Of a DNA stretch of 64,000 nt, positions 35,851 to 62,656 are shown piece after piece. Origin of the DNA: Amoebidium appalachense (Eukaryota; Protista; Ichthyosporea); contig CAVNZM010000005.1 of the NCBI GenBank assembly GCA_963693365.1, positions 7,448,710 through 7,512,709 on the forward strand, given 5' to 3'. A model generated the notes under the pieces. It was not told the origin of the DNA and ran no database searches. It worked only from the letters and a program-made list of their open reading frames with translations. Both the position numbers and the translations under genes were made by a program. How positions within the stretch are numbered: the stretch's first letter is position 1; every line of letters starts with the position of its first letter.

Positions 35851-35981
35851 ACGCGCACACACACCTTTGTGAGGCATGACGGGTGGAACAATCTCATATC
35901 GTACTGGCACATGGCCACAAACCGACTGCCCCTCTCAAACAGCTCGTTGACCTTGGCCTCGTAGTGGCACAGGTGCTGCCG

Positions 35982-36046
<65 letters not shown>

Positions 36047-37765
36047 AGAAGGGGGAGGGGCGGGCGTTAGAATTTGTCACAGAGTATGAAGCACACACTC
36101 GACAGACAACATAATGCAGATGTTGCAAAGCACACACAAAGAGAATGGCAGAGAGAAGGGGAGGGTGAGGCGAGAGGGAGAACGATGGAACCTAACCATC
36201 CAAGAAAAAAACATCGCCTCTCGTTCAAAAAAACCCAAACTAAATATTATAATTTTAAAAGAGTTTAAAAATTTTAATACCTGTCCAGTTGCCGAATGAC
36301 GCTGCCCCTGCCTCTATGCTCCACGTCATGTCTGCTGTGGCCCTCAAGGCCGCATAGCCCTCCTCCACCGCACCAAGCACCAGTCCCTCCATCGTCCTAT
36401 CAAATTTGGACGTTAATATTTTATAACTTCAGATTAAAGGACATTATGTTACGATCGCTGCTCCATGTTAACGTGATACCCTCAAGGACAATTATTTCTG
36501 GTTGCTCTCGAAATTCATTGAGTTTCGGACGGTGGGCGATAGTGTTGAAACCAGCAAGGAAGATAGAAGATAATTCTTTTGTTAAAAAAAATTAACAAAA
36601 AATAAACAGCAGCCTCCCCCCCCCCCCCCCCCCCCCCCCAATAATAATAATAATAAACAAATAGATCAAGTAAATAAATGAGCAAGTAAAATATGTTAAT
36701 TAACTAGATATCAGCAAACAAACAAACTAACAAACAAGCAAACAAACCAAAGAAATAGCAACAAAAAATAAGAGAAACAACAGATAAAAGGTAAGAACAG
36801 CAACAATCAGAGCAACAAAAATAACGCCACCAACGTAACCACGATTAAAAAAAATAATAATAAAAAGAACCTTTGCGTACAAACAAAAACCGTTGGTGCT
36901 TGATGCAAACAGGGAGTGGTTGCCAGATGTGCGCCTTGTGTGTGTGCAAGTGTGTGCATGTGTGAGCATGTACATGTGTGTGCGCAACGCGCGCACGCCC
37001 GCATGTGTGAGTGTGAGTGTGCGTGTGTGTGCGCGCGCGTGCGAGTCTATGTGTGCGCGTGTATTTGGGAGGGGGGCAAGGGGGGGTGGGGGAGGGGGTC
37101 CAAACCTAATAACCCTGTGGGGGTCGAATTTTCCCTCTGCCAGGTATATCTCCACAGCCGGCTTGAAGACCAGCTGCCCTGACCCTACCAACGCAACGGG
37201 ATCGAGCCCGGCCTCCTCCAGCCACGAACATATCTCGGCTGCAGTGTGGTCATGGTGCAGATATACAACCTGCGAAATATACGGAAATTAAAAATTGAAG
37301 GAATTAAACACGTGCACGAGAATATCTCGGCTGCAGTGTGATCGGGATGTAGATATACAACCTGCAGAAGGGTTAAAAAAAAAAAAAAAAAAAAATGGAA
37401 GGAGTTGTAAACACGTGCACGGGCATATCTCGGCTGCAGTGTGGTTATGATGTAGATATGCAATCTCTGCGAAATTTACTTGACAAAAAAAAAAGGGAAG
37501 AAGTTCCAACTCAGAAGCTTATCTCAGCTGCAATGCGATAATGATGCAGATGTACAATCTGCGAAATATGTGGAAAATGAAAAAAAATAACAAAGAAATA
37601 CGGAAGGAGGTCCAGCCACAAGCATATCTCTGCTGCTGTGTGGTCGTGATACAGAAATACAACCTGTGAAATGTACCGCATTTATTTTAAAGGTAATAGG
37701 CGCGCGCACGGGCGATCTCAGATGCACACTACAACGAGTGCCAGTGAAGCACAAAAAGAGTGTTT

Positions 37766-37820
<55 letters not shown>

Positions 37821-38644
37821 TGCACGGGAGAACACTCCGGCAGAGATAGGATACGTCTAGTGTAAGGTGTGGAGTGTTGGCGGGATTCGAAATCATGCAC
37901 ACACGCAAACACATTTTGGCACACAAACACTGCGTGACACGCATGCGTGCACACACACACACACACATACACACACACACAAACACACAAACACAAGCAC
38001 AAACACGCGAATACACACTTACACAAGCAAAGCGTGTGACACATACGTGCACAAACACGGGTCTTACATGCACAAACACGCACATAACCATGTGCCAGTG
38101 CCCAAAACGTGAAAACATGAAGATGTGACAGCACACTTACATATCATAAGCGTGCACCTGCACACGCACACAGGCAGTGCAACACACACAATCACACACA
38201 CCCACGCGAGCTTTCGCACCGTATGATACACATACATGCACACATGCACGGAAACACACATGCACGTATGCATGTACTGCGGTGCACACATGCAAGCACG
38301 TACACACATAACGCATAGTACCTAATAGTCTCCCCTCCCCCCATACCAAACACGTGGAGCACCCACACCGACAACCACACCCACACACCCACTCACATCC
38401 ACCCATTCACCCACTCATCCGCCCACACCCACACCCGCACCCACACCCGCACCCGCACCCGCACACACACACACACACATACCCTGTGATGATTATCCAG
38501 TCCTCCTTTTACAAAAGCCACCACATTCTGCTTTTTGTCGCTGTCGCTTTCAAACAGACTGCAAATGTGGTCCCCGGGCTTCATTTGCACAGGTTCTCTC
38601 CCGGAACGTGTCGCGAAACTCGAACTCTCCGTACAGCACCCCAT
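30916..38644 (-). CDS. Hybrid sensor histidine kinase: MEDS sensory domain + coiled coil + HisKA + HATPase_c + receiver, about 757 aa, 12 exons
   Basis: Exons 38644-38483, 37269-37106, 36396-36281, 35983-35865, 35451-35212, 34763-34542, 34303-34193, 33735-33556, 33152-32896, 32472-31995, 31449-31390, 31080-30916 (2274 nt, in phase). MEDS motifs: [66 protein letters not shown]. Kinase motifs: H-box [17 protein letters not shown]-box [15 protein letters not shown]1 VEDTGIG, F-box IFDSFTQ, G2 [11 protein letters not shown]. Receiver motifs: [33 protein letters not shown]. Confidence 0.93.
37270..37745 (-). repeat. Tandem array (about 95-100-bp period) of decayed copies of the acceptor plus 5' end of kinase exon 2
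   Basis: Copies near 37361, 37464, 37558 and 37663 (plus a weak one near 37740) each read AG|(G/A)TTG(T/C)A...GCAGC.GAGATA, matching true exon 2 GTTGTATATCTGCACCATGACCACACTGCAGCCGAGATATG. Confidence 0.85.
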
Positions 38645-39010
38645 GTTATGATTAAATAATGATGACAAGCTTCCTTTGGGATTCGTCATATAATAGTTGC
38701 TTCCCGTACTATGGCGTGCTCACTGTTGAGTTAAAGCAGATCGTGGACCGAGGTTCCCGTTTCAAAGGTTTTTTTTGTCCTCTACGATCTATCGTAGTTA
38801 TTCAATCTAATGTCAACCGTTTAAGTCAACTAGTGAGAAAAAAGTCTCCAACCAGTCCGTTGGCTTCCTTGCCAACCGTTCAAATTTTGGTTGATTATTT
38901 CTTGTTTGGAACGACTTCATTGTATAAAACAAACCTTTAGTGCGTGTTTGCTAGGCCGCTGAGGACAGTCTTCTAGAACTATGGCCGAGTCTGACGTCTA
39001 GGACCCGGAT

Positions 39011-39108
39011 AATTTGGTGGTAAAAAAAAAAGAAAAGAAAAGAAAAGCTCGCCAAGAAATTTGGTGGTAAAAAAAAAAAGAAAAGAAAAGAAAAGCTCGC
39101 CAAGAAAT
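39011..39108. repeat. Tandem duplication of about 47 bp upstream of the kinase start
   Basis: AATTTGGTGGT(A)nGAAAAGAAAAGAAAAGCTCGCCAAGA occurs twice. Confidence 0.85.
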
Positions 39109-39860
39109 TGTCGAAGGTCTACACCAAGAAAACGTGAGCAAGGGGAGGGGCACGTTTCACTGTGTAAGGTCAACTTGATAGCAAAACAATAGGCCTACAA
39201 TAGTGTTTAGAAACTTTCGGAAACAACGCAAAGGTTCAAACGGGAAGGGGATAGAAACTGCAGGAACGCACGCCGCGTGAGCGTGATCATTTTCGAACCA
39301 GCAAATCTAGCCAGCAAATATATTTGACATATCTTGATTGTTCTCAAATTTAGAGATATACGGGAATTTGTAGGTGGGGCTTGGTTTTTGAGTTGTAAAT
39401 AAAGCTTCTACTCGGAATAGTCATTTTTGGTTGATAATGGGTTAAACGATAATATCTGGATGAAGATTAGGAACATTTTTGGGTGAATATTGTGATTTGA
39501 AGCTGGATTAGGCTGATTCGTCACTCAGATAAATTGTGGATACTGAGACTTATTATCAGTCTAAAATATATAACTAGTATTTCAGGATAGTGAGGTAGTA
39601 CAAACAAACTTTATCCACTTCTCGTCACCCTGCACAACACTTTACCATCATTGACTTCCTTCCTAACGCGGGTGATTTTTCTCACTGCCCAAACTATGTT
39701 TCCAATACCTGCGCGCTCACGTCACGCACGTAATACAACCGCGGGCCCAAGAAATTGCTACAATAGTATATCATATGATGTGGCACATGTTGTGTTTCCA
39801 GATTGGCCGGAGGGAGCGGCCAATAAAATGCAATGATCCCAAAACTATGCAGAATGGCAT

Positions 39861-43150
<3,290 letters not shown>

Positions 43151-43944
43151 AATGGCATAGCATAACATTAGCCGTTTTGAATGGACAGACTCGAGATGTC
43201 GACGATCATGATATCTAAGGGGTATATTTGTTATTTCTATCACTAACATAGTATAGCGGCAGTTAAAAAAATATGATCTTCTTTTAATATCAGACTCTGA
43301 GGGCTGGCGTTTAGTAATTTGACGGCAAGTTCCGTACAATCATGATAAATCAGTTTCGGCACTGACCACTGATGAATCACGTCACTGATATGCATTCGAA
43401 TTCTAATCATTACTGGGTCAGCCATGAAAACCCAAACTGAAAAGGAGCGGCAAAAAAAAGAACGAAGGTAGTGGGTTATAATAAATTATACCCTTTTTTG
43501 ATGTATAATTGAAAACGGTGAGATGGGGTGCAGTGCACGCCAGCCGTACGGGGCACGGGACCCCAATCTTTGATATCCGAAATATTACTGCGGCACATTC
43601 CGGGATTTTTCCTTGGAAGTTGCCGGGTGACCTCCAGCGGACGGGGCGGACGTGCGCAGTGCACCCGGCACCGTGGCACGCTGCCAAATTTGAAGGTAAT
43701 TGTTGTATGTATATACATACCTCGTTAAATTAAAGGTTTCAATGGCAAGTATTTGTTGGCATAAATTTGGCTACACAGCTTTTTTCGCAGACTTCCTTCC
43801 TATTGAATCAGTCTACTGAGCACCTCAGAACATCCTGACATATCACTCAGGGCGACTCATGAGGTTAGGCTATGTACTTTGCTCGGGGGAGGAATTCGAA
43901 AGCACGGCCGCAAACTTTCAATTGCAAAGCAAACATCCCATCAT

Positions 43945-44026
43945 CTGAGTTTCATCCAATCGGGAATATTTAAAACACTACGATTCGTTCGTTGATGTTT
44001 ATGGCTCCCGATTGGATGAAACTCAG
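43945..44026. repeat. 82-nt hairpin with a perfect 21-bp inverted repeat
   Basis: CTGAGTTTCATCCAATCGGGA (43945-43965) / TCCCGATTGGATGAAACTCAG (44006-44026); the 40-nt spacer is partly self-complementary. Confidence 0.85.
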
Positions 44027-44109
44027 TAGCCACTGTCGCCGGCGCGCCGCTGTGTCCGCCCCTTCTTCCCGCAGGTCGGGTCTCTGGTCGGGCCCCAGGC
44101 TGTTCAAGA

Positions 44110-44150
<41 letters not shown>

Positions 44151-44199
44151 GACCATACCTCTCCTATCCATAGATCTCTATCCAGTATAATCTAGAGAG
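44151..44199. repeat. 49-bp dispersed repeat, copy 2
   Basis: 48/49 identical to 28469-28517; flanked by poly-C runs. Confidence 0.9.
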
Positions 44200-44244
44200 C
44201 CCCCCCTCCCCCCCCCCCCTCCCGCCCCCCCTCCCCCCCCCCCT

Positions 44245-44273
<29 letters not shown>

Positions 44274-44276
<3 letters not shown>

Positions 44277-44768
44277 TGCAGGCCAAATTTAAAGTGTAGT
44301 CCAGGCCAAAGCGTTGTCCAACTGGAAAGTTTAACTTAATTGGACTCCGGGCCAAAGTGTCGCGGTCATTGCAATTGTCATTCGAAAAGGAGGCCCTGAG
44401 GTAACTTGGCAAATTCGTATGCGCGCGTCAGTGTGTGTGTGTGTGTACAAATGCGTGTGTGTGTGCGTGCGTGCGTCAAGGTGTGTCTGTCTGTACATGT
44501 GTCTGGCAGGTACATGTGCATGACATTGTGTGTGGTCGCGTTTCCCCCCCCCCCCCTTTTTTTTTCTTTTTTTCTTTTTTTCTTTTCTTTTTCTTTGTGC
44601 GTGCGTGTGCGTGTGTGCACGTGTGTGTGTGTGTGTGCTTGAGTGCGATTGAGCCCGCATGTGTGTGAGTGCGTGCGGGTATGCGCTAAGCCTTGTGCGG
44701 GTCACGTGCGCGTACGTGACACTGCAGGTGTGCCACGGGTGGGGTGTGCGGGTGTGTGCGGGTGTGCG

Positions 44769-44828
<60 letters not shown>

Positions 44829-45030
44829 ATGTGTGTGTATGCACACACACACACACAGTCACACATGTACACACACACACACACATGCACACACACTGAC
44901 GCGGTCACGCGAATTTAAAGTTGCCAAGTCACCCCTCCTTTTCGAATGACAATGTGGCGACACTTTGGCCCGGAGTCCAAGTTTCCAGTTGGACTACACT
45001 TTGGCCTGGACTACACTTTGGCCTGCAACC
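44274..45030. mobile_element. Foldback/long-TIR MITE, 757 bp
   Basis: Imperfect TIRs of about 140-160 bp: GGTTGCAGGCCAAA...GTGTAGTCCAGGCCAAAG...TTGGACTCCGGGCCAAAGTGTCGC...ATTGTCATTCGAAAAGGAGG, mirrored at 44895-45030 and ending TTTGGCCTGCAACC. Internal GGCCAAAG subrepeats. It is inserted in a poly-C run, so the TSD is unreadable. Confidence 0.8.
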
Positions 45031-45197
45031 CCCCCCCCCCCCCCCCCCCCCCCCCCATATGGCCATATGCTCCCCCCCCCCCCCAAAAAAAAAGAAGCTT
45101 TGACATCTCTTTTCCACTCGGTTTCTTAAGGAGCTCTCCCCCTCATTCCATGCCCCAGACCTACGTTTGCTGCTTCCTTTAGTGGCTCCTTGGGGTT

Positions 45198-45289
<92 letters not shown>

Positions 45290-47889
45290 CACACACGCAC
45301 ACACACACACACAGTCACACACACAGAGACACACACACAGGCACACATACACATGTGCACACACTCACATGTGCGCACGCCAAGTCGCGCGCCAATGTAC
45401 ACGCCAGCACTGACTCTGAACAACTTGCGAGTGATCACGATTGGCCAGCCATCCATTGCAACTCCATTTTTTGTCCGAGGGTGATTGCAACATGTGCAGT
45501 CTTGCCCAAGTCACCCATGCATATGCATGGCCAACAACCCGCTAAACGGCACAGGCCCGACACACGTGCGCGCACCCGGCGCACGCAAGCACGCATTGTA
45601 GGCTACTCACTTTGCGCTCTGCAGGCGCTGATGGCTGACGCCAGTAGCCGACGATCTAGATCTAGATCTCTTGGGCCAATGGATGTACAGATACTATATC
45701 CACTGTCCACAGTACTGCAGATCTTGTAGATCCGGCATCATATTCAGCCGCAAAAAAAAACAAAAAAAAAAAAAAAAAAAAAAAAACCGGTATATCTCCA
45801 CATACGATGTCTATCTGATACGTTATATCTCCACGTTAAAATCTGTATGATGTAAGTGTAACATCGATTTGTACATGTATATCTTGTTGCAATTGGGTGG
45901 AAGTAACGTTGGCCTTGGTGCTCTCATCACAGCTCACCTACATGTCGTTAATAAACAGCACCCCCCCCCCCCCCCTCCCCCCCCCCCCCCCCCCCCCCCA
46001 ATAGACATTAATATTACTGTACACCTAACGGTCTGAAATGAGTAACCTTCTCGGCGCTGTAGGTACACGGCTGTCAGTGACTGGCCCACATACGTGCACT
46101 AGAACTATGCCAGCAGCTGGCTCACGCCCATGTAAATGTATGGCATCAAAATTATGGCATTCTGCATGCAGCTATCTATCATCGCTTCTTAGACATGGTT
46201 CAGTTTTTATTATGAAGCCAGTGAAATATATATATCTGTGATAAATGAATTTCAGGAAAAGAGATGAAATTGTGAGAAAGTATCCGGCATGTTGATGAAC
46301 GGTCCCACTTGGCAATGTGTGCGCCTGCATGTATGTACAATGTCACGGCCCGCGGCTCCGAGGCGTTCATCATGTACATTTTGGCCGTGGAAACTACGGC
46401 CTGTCCCATGCATGTTTATGTTGTGCTCGCGCACTGTGTGTGTTTTGTATGTACGTGAAACGGGCCCATTTTTGATTCAAGGGGCCCTGGAGCACGTCCA
46501 TATGTACGTGAAACTGGCTCATGTTTGATTCAAGAGGCTCGGTGGAACACGTCCAACTCTAAACTTCAAAACCTGCTCACGTTCGATAAGTCTTGCGTGA
46601 ACCTGCCCGTAATGTTCAGGAAAACTGTGAATCCTTGTGTTCGTCTTTCACACGAACCGTTAGAGGTTTTGGGATACCGAATTGATAGACATCCCTTGAA
46701 ATAGATGCAAAAGTTTGGGAGGCTGCTCACGTACTTTGTTAGGTCTGACTGGTGCCGCCAAGTTCTTGGCGAGGCGTGCCTTCTGAATCTGATACTAGCA
46801 ACGTAAACTTTTTGGCCAGCCGTAAGTTAACCGTTCAGGTCATTGTGATAGTAGGTTGGCAAAATAACGATTCGTGTGCCCCGTATGACTTGTCATGCCG
46901 GGCACGTCATATGACATGGTGTAGTTCTATTACTACGTATTTACATTTTACGTGTTGTGTGACACTGTTTTACGGCAAAATGCGTGAGTGCAGGCCTAGG
47001 ACCTGATGTTCAAAGTACAGGTGATCATGATCAATTTGAACAGACAAGGTTTGTGCCACGGTATATATGCACACAAATTATTAAGACTTGACCCACCAAC
47101 AGGCTGGTTTAGCAGATTTTCGTTGTATAGCAGCAGGCCATCCTGTTGACACAGTGATCGGGGCCATGTGCGTGAGCCTCATTGTGTGTAAGTACGTTTT
47201 CGTGTTGTAGGCTTGTTGGCATACAATTCTCTAGATCTGAACTGCCGCCGTCAGTGATGTTTCAAAGTTTATTCCTGGTTTGTTTCTCAGCGACTTGTCA
47301 TGGGCTTCCAGGCACATATTTAGTTACTTACAATATGTCACATGACCTTTGATACTTCCGCCCTTGAGCCTTTCTTTTTGTGCTGTGAGGATCTATAACA
47401 CGCTGGTACACTATGCAAAGTGCATAAACAATATGCTTATTACACAGCGTGGCATGGCTGTTTATATGTTGTATTCGAGCGGTTTCAAAATGGGATTCAC
47501 CGCACAATAACTCATACTAACAACAGCTGAACCGAGGTAAATATGGTATGTGTGATATGTATGATCTAAGCGTAAGTTAAGGCTTCAAGTATATGTGTAA
47601 AGATTCAGTAGCTGTGGCATTAGTATGTAGCACGAGCTAAATGAGGCTCACTCCCACTGCCAGTTTAACCTATAGCGTGCATCATAACAGGCTTACATAC
47701 CAACCGCCTGAATGGAAATGTTGAACGTAACAACCCAATCCCTTTTTTATAATCGAAGATATCACACAACAATACTATGATAGTCACCACACCACACCCA
47801 TATATCCGCCCTATTATATTTCATCTATCTCAAACCCAGTCGCCCCGTGAGCCGGCGCCAACATCGCTGATCTTATCATCCTTCGGAAC

Positions 47890-60136
<12,247 letters not shown>

Positions 60137-60693
60137 GGTTGGTGATGTGAGATAAGAAGGGCCAGTATCAAAGCTCGTGGCTGTGTTTGGTGTTTCAAGA
60201 AAAAAGCAGACAACGATAGGGCAGGTCGATAGAAGATGTTGACCTTGTACAGACAGATTCCGTACACTCCTTTTTTTCACTGTCCACTGCTTTTAGCAAA
60301 AGACCGAGAAAAACAACAATCAACAACGGCAACAGTATTTGATCGACGTAAAACTAATGTACACAGAGAAGAAACCAACCAAACAAAGAGCTTTGCAACA
60401 CATGAGCGAGCAAGTATCAGGCACGTCAAAGAGGGGAGGGAGTTGAACAGAGTGGTAACACCAGCACTAACTAGTACACAAGTTGACCAAAGGGAGAGAG
60501 GGAGAGACAGTCGCTTGCCCGAAGAGGGAGGGGGGGAGAGGGGGGGAGAGGGGGGGGGAGGGAGGAGGGGCGCTCGTATTGAGACGCAATGGCAACATTG
60601 TTTCAATGTAGTCATCCGAGGAAATGACCGTCAAGGCATGTATTTAGATACAAATTCCCACGAACCAGCATCATGGCCAGGAAGGTGGGTTGG

Positions 60694-60737
<44 letters not shown>

Positions 60738-61703
60738 TGGTGGTGGTGGTGGTGGTGTGTGTGGGGGGGGGGAGGGAGGGGGGGAGGGGGGGGGGGGGGG
60801 AGGGGGGAAGAGGGTGGGCTACCTCTGTTGAAGGCCGCTCCCACCTGGGCCAGGCGACCTTTTTTCCATGTTTCCTTTTAGTAGACGGTTTAAGCGTTAG
60901 CGGCCACCAATGGCTGCATATCTTTTCCTTAAGGCCGGTTTTGTTTGCCTTCCGTTGCTCTGAAACTTTGAGGAGACCAGTGGCCACTCAAGCAGCGAAA
61001 TGGCTAAAACCCTTCACTTTAAATCCTATACACACACCATGGCCGTAAGGAAATTCATCCAATGTGTAACTAGAACAGGTCATAGAATGAGCCGCTATAT
61101 CCTAGGAACAGCATTTGCTGGTTCTTCGAATTCGGCGTATGTGCGTGTTTACCAGCTAGCCTCCTTCCTTAAAATCTTCCACCTTACCCGACCAGCTCAG
61201 TGATATAAGCCTTGTCTCCAGAGGCTCTTTAGTCAGACGGAACAGAACCCCCTTTTTTTGGTCTATGATAGCGCTTGAGAGCCGCCCTGCCTGAGGGACT
61301 GCTTACGTCGTTTTGATCACAGAAGTATAATTGCAAAAAGGGACTGTGTACGTTGCTGTAGATAGCGCTTTTTAGACTATTATGCAAACCACGGGAGTTA
61401 CATGTTTTCACCGGAAGTTCTTTCAGTCCGAAAAAAGTTTCTTTCCACTCACGTCGTTTTCTGGGGCAGCACATTTCCCTTGAACGAATGTAGCTGTCTG
61501 TACCCGCACCCTATAGCCGTCTCTGGCCGGATAGGATCCAGGACAGCGTGGCAAGCGCACTGCAATAATATCAAACCGCCGTCGGCCACTCCTATCACTA
61601 TGCCGTGGTAATTTACCTCTGAAGCCGGGCCCCGGGCCCGACTCCGCAAAGGCCCTGCAGAGGTCCACGGTGGTGGTGGCGGTGGTTGGGTGGGTGGGTG
61701 GGT

Positions 61704-61757
<54 letters not shown>

Positions 61758-62656
61758 GGAGGGGGGGCACCGGGTTAGATTGGTGGAAGGGGGAGATGGG
61801 GGGAGGGAAGAGGGGCGGAGGGGGGGGGGGGGGGGGGGGGGGGGAAGGAGGAGCGCGGGGTGGGCCCAGCTACTCGCGGGGTTGTCCGTCTTGATCGTGA
61901 CAGCCAGGCTGAGGAGGAGGGGCACAGCCTGAGAAAACCAACATCCAAGTAAGGCTTGAGGCTTGCATCATGTGGAGCCTTTAGCTTTTGCAACTGCAAT
62001 TGGCAAACAAGAGCACATGCAAGAGCGGCCTGACCGTCTTATTCGGCCACCCGCTTGCACTAGCGCCAGCAATTGTTCTACGTACTCAATAACAGTGGAC
62101 CCCACCTTCACAACGGTGGTTGACCCAACTACTGGTGTAACTACAGAGTTTATAAACATGTTATCAAGATTTTTACTGGTGTTTAAAAGCTTATACTGAG
62201 TGTTGTCAGTCTTTCTTACAAAAAATACTATCTGCTTACGTCTATTGATAGAACTCACTGGTACCCTTTCCAGGCTACCCAGTTTGTGTTCATGTGTTTT
62301 TTTTTACATGCTTTGTTTGGGTACTGAGCCTTGTGTCGTTCACAAAAAATGCTGTCTGCTTACGAATTCACATGATATAGTACATGAACGTTTACCAGAG
62401 AAATACACATCGTTCAAGAGGAGCTCCAAATTACTTACAAAAACTCTTAAAAAGCCCTTGACCGCCAAAAAAGCTCCGACTATCAAAGAACACCAGCTCC
62501 GCATGAGGACATGTTAGCAAATTCAGAAGTTCTATCACACGAGCCAACCCTACCACTACCGAAACCTAGCCCGACGTAAGCTACCCCGCTCAGCGAACGA
62601 TATCTGATTCAACGGTTTCTTATGACTTACAACAAATCCACTACACTATCAGGCCA

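Noticed and set aside
30916-38644. Bacterial contamination as the origin of the histidine kinase
   Set aside because: The gene has 11 GT-AG introns with the same microsatellite style as neighbouring eukaryotic genes.
46140-46215. Ankyrin-like peptide NYGILHAAIYHRFLDMVQFLL
   Set aside because: It is a single short match ending in a stop, with no convincing neighbouring exons, and could be chance.
61400-62000. Possible extra exons of the GATA or SLC12 genes
   Set aside because: AG/GT-bounded segments exist but show no recognisable homology or required phase link.
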